46,016 bases of DNA from Candidatus Thorarchaeota archaeon SMTZ1-45 (GCA_001563335.1 LRSL01000061.1:1-46016), one strand, 5' to 3'. Counted from the first letter of the stretch, positions 1-10,183 are shown. Notes: generated by a model from the letters alone, not told the origin. A program made the numbers and translations.

Positions 1-92
1 CCTAACTCTTTTAGTCCTCTGTAGAGCAGATCACCTTGGGTTGCCAATCCTCCGGGGGGAGGTGGATAGTCATATAGAACTAATACTTTCAT
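1..92 (-). CDS. GT4-family glycosyltransferase, N-terminus (runs off window)
   Basis: Manual translation from ATG at 92 gives MKVLVLYDYPPPPGGLATQGDLLYRGLKELG, a typical GT-B N-terminal YPPxxGG motif. ATGA overlap with the stop of the 89..754 gene. Confidence 0.75.
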   Translation of the reverse strand, partial: MKVLVLYDYPPPPGGLATQGDLLYRGLKEL

Positions 93-754
93 CGCTTTCT
101 CCTCTTGGTCTTTGACCATTCTCGGAATTCGTCAGGCGATTGGAAACACCAGAACGCTTCTTCTCTCACGACTATATGAGCTTCGTAGGTCTCGGGAGCA
201 AAACCATATGTGTCAGTAATGATGATATATTTCCTTCGCCATATATCCTCAGGTAAGTATGAAATCAGATGGGCCGTCTTGATTGCTTTAGGGAGATCAT
301 CCTTACCACCCTTTCCACCATCCTCATAAGCGAACATCCAGACCTCTTTTGCTATAATCACTCCGTTCTCCCATAGCGAGGCGACCGCCTTCCCGGTTTC
401 TTCGTGGCGGCGATGCCTTGTGTATTCTCCATGTGGACTGTGGGTTACGACAAGGTCAAAATGCGTTTCAGGCAATAGGGAGAGAACGATTTGCTGCACA
501 TCGACATCTGATAGAGGCAATTGCTCCGGTCCATCATCGAGGTCACCAATCTCGCCAACTGCACCAAGTTGCTGGACAGCACGGATGAATTTCGGCGCCC
601 GATCTATGTCGCTTGCACGACAGAGCGACACAATTGTCCAATGCCAGTTCGAGTGATTGAGTACAGTGCCGCCAGCCCAGATTGTTTCATCATCAGGATG
701 TGCGACTATCATCGCTGCCGAGATAGATTTCCTCTTTTTCATGCATACCAACAA
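89..754 (-). CDS. PIG-L/LmbE family deacetylase
   Basis: VAHPDDE motif and THSPHGEYTRHRRH metal-binding region; real start probably the ATG at 742. Confidence 0.85.
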   Translation of the reverse strand: MLVCMKKRKSISAAMIVAHPDDETIWAGGTVLNHSNWHWTIVSLCRASDIDRAPKFIRAVQQLGAVGEIGDLDDGPEQLPLSDVDVQQIVLSLLPETHFDLVVTHSPHGEYTRHRRHEETGKAVASLWENGVIIAKEVWMFAYEDGGKGGKDDLPKAIKTAHLISYLPEDIWRRKYIIITDTYGFAPETYEAHIVVREEAFWCFQSPDEFREWSKTKRRKR

Positions 755-892
755 CAGTGTGAAGTATAAAAGATGTAGCTATGTTATTCCTGTAATGAAG
801 ATGCGGTAAGTTCTACTTCAATTTTTTCACAAAAAAGAGAAATAGGCATATAGAACAGATTCTCATAGGTCCTTGATGATCAATCGACTCGG

Positions 893-996
893 CTCATCTT
901 GGGCTGTTATACCTTTGGACTTGAGTATCCGCCGTAAAGGCAAGAGAAACAGATGTAGATTGGTGTTCTGAAAAAGGGATTATGAGTCCATTTTTC
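893..996 (+). repeat. Dispersed intergenic element, copy A (near full)
   Basis: ctcatcttgg..ctttggacttgagtatccgc..ggcaagagaaacagatgtagatt, then hairpin gaaaaagggat/gtccatttttc. Confidence 0.7.
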
Positions 997-1086
997 ATTT
1001 TCATTTGTTTGAGAAAAAAGATTCCGACTGTTCTTTGCGATACTCCTTCGATCTTATTAGATTTGGCTAAGACCCGCTCCAGCAAA

Positions 1087-1824
1087 TTATGCATCAGCTA
1101 TGATAAACGACTCAGCAATAATGTTTTCCTCTTTTACTCCCATACTCTCTAACGTATTTTTCAAATCAATCACAAAGGGATCTGGGCCACAGATGTAAAA
1201 TTTCTGATTCAGGTCCTTGACATATTTTTGAAGCAGTTCCTTACCAATTCGTCCATGTTCATAGCCTGTTGCATCCTCACGGGTGAGTGTCAGTATGAGG
1301 TCTTTGCCAAGCATGTGACGGAACTCCTTCTCAAGAATGACGTCCTTAGATTCCTTGTTCGAGAAGATTAATGTATTACCCTTTAGTTGGTTGGTTTTAT
1401 AGAGATGCCTGAGCATTGCAATGAAGGGTGTGACCCCTGCGCCTCCCGCGAGAAAGACCCCTTTTCCTTGATATTGAATAGTGCCAAAGGGCTCGTGGAC
1501 CACAACTTCATCACCAGGCTTTAGTGTGTGTAGCTGCTTCGTGAATCCATTGTGATTGGGGTAGACTTTGACTGTGAACTCAAGAACCTCATCATCATTC
1601 AGAGATGAAAACGAGAATTCCCGAAACTCATTCTCCCAATCAGGCTTGGGAATCGACAATAGGGTCGCTTGCCCAGGAATGAATTTAAAATTCTTAGGTT
1701 TCTCTAGAATAAACCGCTTCACATCGTGTGTGACGAATTCTTTCATCAGAATTCTTACTCTGTTTGGATGTTTTTTTGATGGATTTTTAATAGCCTTAGA
1801 GGTTTCATTACTCATTTTCTTCAT
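1087..1824 (-). CDS. FAD/NAD(P)H-dependent oxidoreductase (ferredoxin/flavodoxin reductase family)
   Basis: FIPGQA, REFS, GPFG-like EPFG, AGGAGVTPF and YICGPDPF motifs. Confidence 0.9.
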   Translation of the reverse strand: MKKMSNETSKAIKNPSKKHPNRVRILMKEFVTHDVKRFILEKPKNFKFIPGQATLLSIPKPDWENEFREFSFSSLNDDEVLEFTVKVYPNHNGFTKQLHTLKPGDEVVVHEPFGTIQYQGKGVFLAGGAGVTPFIAMLRHLYKTNQLKGNTLIFSNKESKDVILEKEFRHMLGKDLILTLTREDATGYEHGRIGKELLQKYVKDLNQKFYICGPDPFVIDLKNTLESMGVKEENIIAESFIIADA

Positions 1825-2063
1825 AACCGTCTTGAAATCTATGTACCAATTGAAGTTTTGGTATTATTTGTTAACTATAATTATCCAATCTAATAAAACA
1901 TAATATGTAGCATTTCTCTCTTTACTACGCTTTGCTGAAAGGTAGGATAAAGAACCGAATGCGAATCTGATTAGCGACAACGGACTTTCGTAACAATGAA
2001 AAATAGTCATGACCATTATCTTTATACTCCCCTTGAGAAGTCACAGATTAGAGGAATGACTGA

Positions 2064-2453
2064 ATGAAGGTTCGACATTGGATTGATGAAGATGTAGCAA
2101 CTTCCTCGGGAGATATTTCTATCAAAGAAGCGATCAGTATTCTCTACAAAAGGCACATTGGTTCAATCATTATTATCGACAAGGATAAGAAGTGCAAAGG
2201 CATATTCACCGAACGTGATGCCATCCGTGTCATAGCTGATGATATTCCATTGAACACGCGGCTTGCTGAGGTAATGACGACGAATCTAAAGACAATAGAT
2301 GAGCATGCTACATTCTCGATGGCAAAAGAGATTATGAGAACTCATAATATTAGACATCTGCCTGTCGTCGATGAGCAAGGACGACTCATTGGTCTTCTTA
2401 GTCTTAGAAAAATTCTAGATGAAGTACATGAGATGCACAAAATCGGTCGTTAG
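2064..2453 (+). CDS. CBS-pair domain protein
   Basis: GIFTERD and IRHLPVVD...GLLSLR CBS motifs. Confidence 0.9.
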   Translation: MKVRHWIDEDVATSSGDISIKEAISILYKRHIGSIIIIDKDKKCKGIFTERDAIRVIADDIPLNTRLAEVMTTNLKTIDEHATFSMAKEIMRTHNIRHLPVVDEQGRLIGLLSLRKILDEVHEMHKIGR

Positions 2454-2485
2454 AACCCCTTAATTTAAAACAGGAGAAAAACACA

Positions 2486-3376
2486 ATGAAGCGCTTCGAT
2501 AACAATCCAATTCTTCACCCAGTACCAGGTCACTATTGGGAGAATCGAAATGTGTTCAATGCGGGGGTCCTCCACGCTGGAAACAGAGTCCACATTCTCT
2601 ACCGTGCTCAAGGTGACGATGGAGTATCACGAATTGGGTATGCGAGTTCATCTGATGGCTACTCAATCGATACTCGGCAACCTGAACCAGTATTCATTCC
2701 AAAGAATTCCTATGAGAACCTTGGTTGCGAAGATCCACGGCTAATACAAATGGATGGAGAGTGCTTGATGACATACACTGCTTATGGAAATAATCCAAGA
2801 GCAGCATACCAAGTTTCAATCACTGAGATTTCGTTAGAGGATTTCCTTTCAAATAATTGGAACTGGGGGGATAGATTGTTGCCTTTTGAGGGAATCCTAA
2901 ACAAGAATGCTGTAATATTCCCTCGGAAAATAAATGGTTCATATGTGATGTATCACCGCATAGAGCCCGATCTGTGTGTCGCGTATTCTGACGACCTCAA
3001 GCGCTGGTGTCAATTAAAGGCATTGATGCATCCCAGACTTGGTCATTGGGACAGTCTTAAAGTCGGATCAGCAGGACCCCCAATCAAGATCAATGAAGGA
3101 TGGCTTTTCATCTATCATGGCGTGGATCATGATTATGTCTATCGTCTTGGTAATCTTCTGATTGACAAGAAAAATCCTGAGAACATTCTCTATAGATCTG
3201 AAAAACCGATATTAGAACCTCAAGAGCCCTACGAGAAATTTGGATTAGTGCCAAATGTTGTATTTAGCTGTGGTAGTGTTCTTTTAGATGACAAGCTTCT
3301 TATCTACTATGGAGGGGCTGATTCGGTAGTATGCGGGGCTGAGTTTGAACTAGGCGAACTTCTCCCGAAGGCATAG
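2486..3376 (+). CDS. GH130-family glycosidase/mannoside phosphorylase-like protein
   Basis: NPIL, VFNAG, GCEDPR, YHGV, VPNVVFSCG and YYGGAD motifs. Confidence 0.9.
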   Translation: MKRFDNNPILHPVPGHYWENRNVFNAGVLHAGNRVHILYRAQGDDGVSRIGYASSSDGYSIDTRQPEPVFIPKNSYENLGCEDPRLIQMDGECLMTYTAYGNNPRAAYQVSITEISLEDFLSNNWNWGDRLLPFEGILNKNAVIFPRKINGSYVMYHRIEPDLCVAYSDDLKRWCQLKALMHPRLGHWDSLKVGSAGPPIKINEGWLFIYHGVDHDYVYRLGNLLIDKKNPENILYRSEKPILEPQEPYEKFGLVPNVVFSCGSVLLDDKLLIYYGGADSVVCGAEFELGELLPKA

Positions 3377-3381
3377 AAAAC

Positions 3382-4446
3382 TCATCTGAGCGAATTCTGA
3401 GACTCATGCTTGCTAAGTACCTCCATCTCAAGGCGTGCCAAGAGATAAGAGAGACCAGCCTCAGCTCCCTGGTTTTGATTTAGACCACGAGCTGAGATCC
3501 CGTCATAAGTGCCGCCAGTAACGGGATTATAGACCATTACACCATTGGAGTTTTTACCCAAATACCAAGCAAATGCAGTCCATGCCATTTTGGAGTACAT
3601 TTTCTTTCCTGTCACCTGATAGGCAATGGATGCTGCTTCTACCATACATGATGCTTCTAGTGGCTGTTGATCATAGAGTGCTTTCTTGCCACCTTTTTTA
3701 TACCAAGACTGATTGCCTACTGGCTGGTAGGTGCCCTTCACGATGTCGTTTGCCGCAAGAAACTTGAGTGTCCTCTCCGCAATCCTAAGATAGTCCTTTC
3801 TTCCAGTGACCTGATATGCTCTGAAGAGTGCATGAGGAAGACGCGGATTCGCGTAAGTAATATACGGCTCAAACCATTGCCATGTAGGAGTAGATGTCTG
3901 TCTAAAGAGTTCACAGAGCCGGTCTGCAAGGTGAATCACATTTAGTTGAGGGTTCTCGTCTTCAGGGAAGGCTTTGGCATAATGGTAGAGACCGAGGATG
4001 GTGAGTGCTTGAGCCCGAGGAGAACTCGAGTCCAACGCCCAGATAAGACTCCTGTCAAAGATTTCTATTGCAGCCATTCTAACGTCCTCAGGAATTGAGG
4101 TGTCTTGAGAATAGCCGCAGGCCCAGAGTACACGTCCAATAGAGTCATCCGAGCTCTTTTCATCAAAAAAACTATGATCGTACCCGATGAGGTTGTGAAG
4201 TCGACCATCTTTCTTCTGAACATAGAGGAGAAAGCCAAGATAGGTTCTGACAAGTCCCAGATTTTTTTCCCCGTCTTGCAGTTCATGGTATCTGAGAGTA
4301 GCTAGAAGTGCACGGGCATTATCATCGGTAGTATATCCTTCTCGTCGATCGCCTATTGATGACTTTGCATGCTGGAGGATGCCAGTGTCGTCAGTCATAT
4401 CATACAGCCATGTGCAATTAATTGGAGGGAGCTCGATGGGGATCAC
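3382..4446 (-). CDS. Six-hairpin glycosidase-like domain normally fused to GT4 glycosyltransferases
   Basis: DDTGILQHA, GYTTDDNARAL, YDQQPLEA and NQNQGAE motifs. Start moved to GTG 4446 to avoid overlap (ORF track starts at 4509). Confidence 0.75.
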   Translation of the reverse strand: MIPIELPPINCTWLYDMTDDTGILQHAKSSIGDRREGYTTDDNARALLATLRYHELQDGEKNLGLVRTYLGFLLYVQKKDGRLHNLIGYDHSFFDEKSSDDSIGRVLWACGYSQDTSIPEDVRMAAIEIFDRSLIWALDSSSPRAQALTILGLYHYAKAFPEDENPQLNVIHLADRLCELFRQTSTPTWQWFEPYITYANPRLPHALFRAYQVTGRKDYLRIAERTLKFLAANDIVKGTYQPVGNQSWYKKGGKKALYDQQPLEASCMVEAASIAYQVTGKKMYSKMAWTAFAWYLGKNSNGVMVYNPVTGGTYDGISARGLNQNQGAEAGLSYLLARLEMEVLSKHESQNSLR

Positions 4447-4454
4447 TATCCTAT

Positions 4455-5618
4455 CTACTGAGCGAATTCTTTGAACAGGCCAGCATACCTTGAGGCCACG
4501 CGAGGCCACGTCATATCTTGGCCGTGTTCGTATGCAAGCTTCTCAATGTGAGCTTTCTTTTCAGGATTGTCCAAGAGTTGCCTGATACCATCGGTAATGG
4601 AATTAGGACTATTAAATTTACAGAGGATTCCTCTGCCTTCAGCCAGAAGCTCTTCGGCATAATAGAAAGGAGTGGATATGATAGGCTTTCCAGCCCCCAA
4701 TGCATAAGTGACTGTTCCACTTGAGAGCTGTTCCTTTTTTAGGTAGGGACAAATGTACACATCTGTGGCTTGTAGGTACTGCATCAATTCATCTTTGCTG
4801 AGGAAACGATTGTGGAATCGTACATTTTCTACCAGATTTAGCTTATTTATCAGTCGTACGAGACGCTTCCTGTATTTCTCGCCCTCTCCCATCCTGACTT
4901 GTGGATGAGTGACCCCAATTATCAAGTAGAGTAAGTCAGGATGCTCTTTAACGATATCTGGTAATGCTCTGATTGCATACTGAATTCCCTTGTCTTTACT
5001 TAATAGACCAAAGGTTGACAGGACAGTCCGTCCTTCCAAGCCCAGATCTTTCTTTGCTGGTTCACTTGGTACAAATGGGAAGCTAGGGCTTCCATGCGGG
5101 ATGACCTTGATTTTATCCTTGTTAACATCATAATTCTCTTGTAGGATGTGAGCAGCCATATTCGTCATGACTACGATGGCAATGCTAGCTCGCCCTATTC
5201 CGCTCACTACTCTATTGTGGGCATCCGCACTCTCTGGCGTTTGGAATATCTTAGCGTCAGGAAAAAGAGTTGTGTGCATTGTAGTGATAATAGGCTTCTC
5301 CAGCTTTTCCAAGAATGTCAAGAGATATTCACCCCAAACCCCACCGAAGAGTCCAAACTCGTGTTGCACATTTACTAAATCAAAATCTGAGCTGTTAATA
5401 TACTCAGCAGCCTTTTCATGACTCGTGATATTGTCCTCATCAATCTGCCATAATACTTCTGTTCCATAGTTATAGGATGAACCAGGGTCATTGATGGCTA
5501 TAATGGTCGATGGCTCCAGCACTTTGAGTTTGTCTATACTCTTGGTCAGGTCTTCCGTGAAGGTGGCTATTCCACACTGTCTGGGGGAATAACTGCTCAC
5601 ATATGCCACTCTTAACAT
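4455..5618 (-). CDS. GT4-family glycosyltransferase
   Basis: PRQCGIATF, QHEFGLFGG, FGLLSKDKG and SSGTVTYALGAGKPIISTP motifs. Confidence 0.9.
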   Translation of the reverse strand: MLRVAYVSSYSPRQCGIATFTEDLTKSIDKLKVLEPSTIIAINDPGSSYNYGTEVLWQIDEDNITSHEKAAEYINSSDFDLVNVQHEFGLFGGVWGEYLLTFLEKLEKPIITTMHTTLFPDAKIFQTPESADAHNRVVSGIGRASIAIVVMTNMAAHILQENYDVNKDKIKVIPHGSPSFPFVPSEPAKKDLGLEGRTVLSTFGLLSKDKGIQYAIRALPDIVKEHPDLLYLIIGVTHPQVRMGEGEKYRKRLVRLINKLNLVENVRFHNRFLSKDELMQYLQATDVYICPYLKKEQLSSGTVTYALGAGKPIISTPFYYAEELLAEGRGILCKFNSPNSITDGIRQLLDNPEKKAHIEKLAYEHGQDMTWPRVASRYAGLFKEFAQ

Positions 5619-5775
5619 AGCTAATCACATCATTAGTAGGAAAAAGGATGTTATCCAGTTGGAATAGACGGCTCTTAGGCGGAGATAAGGTTTATGAAAC
5701 AACAGTGGGAACGTGTCGTCCTTTTCGACAGGACATAGTTATCACATCAGTCTGAGTTAGGTAGTGGAGGCTTGC

Positions 5776-7134
5776 TCAAACCAGCTTCTTTGCACGCTCA
5801 ATGAGTTCAACACCTTCTTCACTGAGATGATCAGCAGTTTCTTGTGTCTTTCCCTCAGCAAAACAGCGATAGAGGGGTTCGGTACCCGACGGTCTGATGA
5901 GAATCCAGCCATCATCACGGATTATTTTCACACCATCAATTGTGATACGATTCATGTCCTTGCTTAGGTCAAGGAGTGCCCCTAAGAGGGATTCTCTCTT
6001 TTCTAGGGGTACTGGCACTTTCACTTTTGTATTGAAATATATAGGAAGCTCACTGACAAGCTGAGAGAGTGTTTTGTCTTCTAACGTAATCATTTCAACA
6101 ATTTGGGAAGCAGTCATTGCACCATCACGAACTGGTTGATGATCTGGATAAAAGACTCCGCCATTTTCCTCACCACCCAATTCTGCACCAATCTCTTCGA
6201 TTCTGTGGGAAACTACAACACTTCCAACTTCAGTCCAGTCTATCTTAGCACCAGACTTTCGAGCTACGTCTTCTATAAGACGACCGCTTGAAATAGGTGT
6301 GACTAGAGTAGAACCACGTTTCTTAGCCAAAACTCTCGAAGCAATCAATGCGAAGGATTGGTCACCCCAAAGAACCCTCCCTGCATCATCAACAAAGGTT
6401 GCTCTATCTGCATCGCCATCATGTGCAATCCCTAGATCAGCGTCCATAGCAGTCACTGCGGCTGAGAGGTCCTTGAGATTCTCAGGGATTGGCTCAGGAT
6501 TTCTTCCCGGAAAAGAGCCGTCTAACTGAGAATTTAGGGAAACAACCTTGCATCCAAGTTCTCTTAGAAGGCGAGGAGTCACTAAGCCACCTACGCTATT
6601 AGCACTATCAACAACAACTTTCAGTTGCTTTTCCTTTATTTTATCGATATCAAGGTGTGATTTGATTCCCTCTAAATATACATCAATTGCAGTTGAATAG
6701 TGTGTGACTTCACCAATTTTATTCCATTCAGCTGTCTTGGACTGATTTGAGTGGTAGGAAATTTCAATCAGATTTTCAATTTCTCTAGTTACTTCGATTC
6801 CATTTGATCCAATCACTTTGATCCCATTGAACTGAGGCGGGTTGTGTGATGCTGTAACCATGACTCCAGCACTACATCCTAGTCTGGGAGTCATATATTG
6901 CAGTGTCGGAGTTGGTGCAGGACCAAGATTGACAACTGAGCAGCCTGTTGAAATCAGCCCAGACATCAATACATGTGTGAACATTTCACCGCCCATTCGC
7001 GAGTCCCGCGCGATGGCAATTTTGCCAGGCCCTAGCACAGCACCTATAGCACGACTCAGCTTGAGAACTAATTCAACGGTCAAGTCCTTGTTAATTATGC
7101 CGCGGACACCGTTTGTGCCAAACATTCTAGTCAA
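5776..7134 (-). CDS. glmM: Phosphoglucosamine mutase / phosphomannomutase (alpha-D-phosphohexomutase)
   Basis: FGTNGVRG, TASHNP, DGDADR, GGEENGG and RPSGTEP motifs; substrate specificity is not certain. Confidence 0.85.
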   Translation of the reverse strand: MTRMFGTNGVRGIINKDLTVELVLKLSRAIGAVLGPGKIAIARDSRMGGEMFTHVLMSGLISTGCSVVNLGPAPTPTLQYMTPRLGCSAGVMVTASHNPPQFNGIKVIGSNGIEVTREIENLIEISYHSNQSKTAEWNKIGEVTHYSTAIDVYLEGIKSHLDIDKIKEKQLKVVVDSANSVGGLVTPRLLRELGCKVVSLNSQLDGSFPGRNPEPIPENLKDLSAAVTAMDADLGIAHDGDADRATFVDDAGRVLWGDQSFALIASRVLAKKRGSTLVTPISSGRLIEDVARKSGAKIDWTEVGSVVVSHRIEEIGAELGGEENGGVFYPDHQPVRDGAMTASQIVEMITLEDKTLSQLVSELPIYFNTKVKVPVPLEKRESLLGALLDLSKDMNRITIDGVKIIRDDGWILIRPSGTEPLYRCFAEGKTQETADHLSEEGVELIERAKKLV

Positions 7135-7295
7135 AATAAAATCACTAAAGTAATTGAGAGCCTATTTTATCTTAAGAGTTATCTTAGCGGATTATTTAGT
7201 GGTATTTTTGATTATCTGACACATATGGAAACAACCGTGTTGGATAGAAATCAACGTATGTTTGCAATTGCATTTGACAATCCATCTAATTGGCG

Positions 7296-9341
7296 TCACC
7301 ATTGGATGTCTACCCAGTAGGCTGGATGGTCTGACTGTGGATCAGTAATATATTGACAGTCTGAAACAATTGTACCTGATGAAAGGAAGATGTGGTCAAT
7401 TCTCTGGCTATTATTCTCCCCTAGACTGTTCACCCCCGTAGGCCACTTGACCCACCACGAGTCTTCAAGTACAGATGTTGTGAGGTTGTATGGTTCGCTT
7501 TTTGGTCTAAAATTGAAGTCGCCCATGAAAATAACGTTGCTTTTCCCACTGGACATTTCAAGAACATCATTCTGTAGTGTCATCTTGGTTGAAATCCTTC
7601 CGTAAGTGTGAGTCACATATACCGTGTATGTTATCGATCCAATGGAGATCTCAGCCTCGATTGTGGCTGTTTGTTTCTGGTCGATATCCTCACTATAATG
7701 ATAGATAGTTCTAGGATTTTCAATAGGATATTTTGATAGTAATGCAACCCCTGTTGTCCCTGTGACTCCTTTTGGTCCAAAGTATGAATAGAGGTTCAAC
7801 TTGTCAGCGAAGTACCTCACAACATCACAGTTACCTGCAATTTTGCTCGTTTCTTGGAGTCCGATGATGTCCGCATCGATTTCTCTAAGGAGCTCCAACT
7901 GCCCATCATAGTTCTTGATCTGAGCATCACTCACTCCTTGTTGAAGATTGTAAGTTAAGATTCTCGCAGAAACAGCAGTGCCCGTGGGTTCGACTGGACG
8001 AGCATCGAGTGCTATTGAACTCACAAGAGTCCCAAGGAACATGAATATCAAAACTCCTGCGATGATAGTCACTTTTCTAGGAGGTTTGGTTTGATAATTG
8101 AGAGATGGTATAGAGCTCTTCATGAAGTAAACAGTTACGAAGAGCACCAAACCTGCAATGAGAAAGATGAACCAGAATAAGTCTCTTAGCAAGGGACCAA
8201 TAACAGGAACAAATCCCCAGACAGATGTGAGTATAAGTGTGAATAACAGAACAAGAATATACAATCCACCACCCAGCGTGAACGCGATGCCTGTTGCTCG
8301 CGAGGTTGGTACCAACTCAAGACTTGTCAGTCTGTGAGATAGAAGTATTAAATCAATCAGTATGATTGGGAATGTGGCTATCATGAGGTATAGCAGCAAT
8401 TCGTTCAGAAGAGTTGTTGGAGGTGCTACGATGGGATAGGCTGAGGGGACATCTGGGAATGGAATTTGATTAACATAGATCATCAAGACGAACAGAGTCA
8501 CGAACAGAAGATTCCAAATCCAGATTATTCTAGGAGTTAATTTTGAAAAGACGTGTGGACGACATAGCATAACAACTGCAAATAAGGTCGTCATCAGAGA
8601 AACTCCAGAAACAACAGATATATAGCTGCTTTCAGTCCACCTAGAAATAACTCCTGGGCTACTAAATGCGAAGCTAACAAAGAAGAGAATGCTTGTCAAC
8701 CCAAAGGTGATACCGGTTAGATATCTCTTGCGCACTGGTTTTGAGGTACTTGGTGTTTCATCGATGCTAGTTTGAGATTTTACTGATGCTACACCCTGCA
8801 AGCTCTTTGAAAAACCAACAAGCATGAAGACACCTATCGCAGCCAATACCCATCCAATCGCTTGACCCCACCCATATGTAGAGAAATCGATGGTGAAGTT
8901 TAGGGTCCTTAAAAAGACAGATGTTACTAGAGCTACAGCCAATGCGATACCAAATGTGAATGCCCTCTGATTCTTGTCCCCAGACCGCACTAACAGCAAC
9001 AGAGCAGGAAACAGAATGAAGAAACAGCCAACACCAAGTCCTGAAAGGATCATTCTTGCTGTAGTTTCAAAGAGCGGCTCAGCTACTCTGCTGACAATCA
9101 TGATTCCTCCGGCAGCAATCACCAATTTCTCTGGAATGTACCTCTTAAAGATGATGAGGATGATTGGCGAGAAAAGGAACAACAAGACCAAGGTGTTCTC
9201 GTTGAGTGACAATGTCATAAGTAGGAGAATGTAGGTGGATTCTACATAGTCAGAGAAAAGCTGGAGGAAGATTAGCAACATTATACTAATGAAAATGAGT
9301 TCAGAATAGTATTCTTCAAAGAGCTTGGCGTTTATTGGCAT
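7296..9341 (-). CDS. Polytopic membrane protein with C-terminal EEP (endonuclease/exonuclease/phosphatase) domain, CWH43-like architecture
   Basis: Many TM helices, then TYNL, IIGLQE, GDFN, IDHIF and SDH motifs. Confidence 0.85.
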   Translation of the reverse strand: MPINAKLFEEYYSELIFISIMLLIFLQLFSDYVESTYILLLMTLSLNENTLVLLFLFSPIILIIFKRYIPEKLVIAAGGIMIVSRVAEPLFETTARMILSGLGVGCFFILFPALLLLVRSGDKNQRAFTFGIALAVALVTSVFLRTLNFTIDFSTYGWGQAIGWVLAAIGVFMLVGFSKSLQGVASVKSQTSIDETPSTSKPVRKRYLTGITFGLTSILFFVSFAFSSPGVISRWTESSYISVVSGVSLMTTLFAVVMLCRPHVFSKLTPRIIWIWNLLFVTLFVLMIYVNQIPFPDVPSAYPIVAPPTTLLNELLLYLMIATFPIILIDLILLSHRLTSLELVPTSRATGIAFTLGGGLYILVLLFTLILTSVWGFVPVIGPLLRDLFWFIFLIAGLVLFVTVYFMKSSIPSLNYQTKPPRKVTIIAGVLIFMFLGTLVSSIALDARPVEPTGTAVSARILTYNLQQGVSDAQIKNYDGQLELLREIDADIIGLQETSKIAGNCDVVRYFADKLNLYSYFGPKGVTGTTGVALLSKYPIENPRTIYHYSEDIDQKQTATIEAEISIGSITYTVYVTHTYGRISTKMTLQNDVLEMSSGKSNVIFMGDFNFRPKSEPYNLTTSVLEDSWWVKWPTGVNSLGENNSQRIDHIFLSSGTIVSDCQYITDPQSDHPAYWVDIQW

Positions 9342-9402
9342 GAAAGAGGATATACTCCACCTATCTAAAATGTGTGTCTATAGAAGAAGGGATGATATTC
9401 TC

Positions 9403-9518
9403 ATCGTCATAGCCAAAGATGTTTTCGGACCGGACTATCTGCGTTATAGGCAAGAAAAGCGGATGTAGTTTCAGCTAATAAATCGAGAGGGGCTTCCTCT
9501 CTCCTCACTCTTTCTCTC
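9403..9518 (+). repeat. Dispersed intergenic element, copy B (full, reference copy)
   Basis: atcgtcatagccaaagatgttttcggaccggactatctgcgttataggcaagaaaagcggatgtagtttcagctaataaatcgagaggggcttcctctctcctcactctttctctc. Confidence 0.85.
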
Positions 9519-9667
9519 AAATAACAATTTGGTGATGTTTAACTTTTCCAATATATATCGATTTGTCGAAACTGAGCTATAATCAACTATTGAAGGTTTT
9601 TTATCAAACCCTTCTTGTATATAATAGCTGGAAGTTGTAGACTTCCAAATAGGAGTGATAATAGGAA

Positions 9668-10084
9668 ATGGAGAAAGAGAGAAAGGAAGACATCACTGCG
9701 ATTAAGGATATGTTGAATCAATATGCTATAGGCTGTAACACTGGCAATTTTGATCTTTGGATGTCCCTATGGGCTGATGAAGGCACACAAATGCCACCAG
9801 ACGCTCCAGCAAGAAAGGGGAAAAGGCAGATACGAGAAGGAATGAAACCAGTGTTTGATGACATGAAGCTCGATATAGCCATCAAAAGTGTAGATGATGT
9901 TGAAGTACATGGAAACCTGGGACTAACTAGATGTAAATACACATTGAAATTGACTCCAAAAGCAGGTGGCGACGCAATTGAAGCCATGCCAGATGGTAAA
10001 GCTTTGACCTTATTCAGAAAACAAAAAGATGGTTCTTGGAAAATTATTTACGATTGCTTCAACTCCAACTTGCCTCCAACTTAA
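9668..10084 (+). CDS. NTF2/SnoaL-like (DUF4440/YybH) protein
   Basis: MPPDAPARKGK and GKALTLFRKQKDGSWKIIYDCFNS motifs. Confidence 0.85.
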   Translation: MEKERKEDITAIKDMLNQYAIGCNTGNFDLWMSLWADEGTQMPPDAPARKGKRQIREGMKPVFDDMKLDIAIKSVDDVEVHGNLGLTRCKYTLKLTPKAGGDAIEAMPDGKALTLFRKQKDGSWKIIYDCFNSNLPPT

Positions 10085-10148
10085 TCAGAAACACAATATA
10101 TGACAATAGTAGTTGGTAAGACATCATCAGTTGTCTAAATCAGAGTAG

Positions 10149-10183
10149 ATTATCATAGCCTGAGAGATTTTTGGACCTGACTT
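10149..10183 (+). repeat. Dispersed element, copy C (left part)
   Basis: attatcatagcctgagagatttttggacctgactt aligns gap-free to copies B and D. Confidence 0.75.

Noticed and set aside
894-1094. 66-aa ORF on the - strand
   Set aside because: It runs antisense through element copy A and has no protein-like motif.
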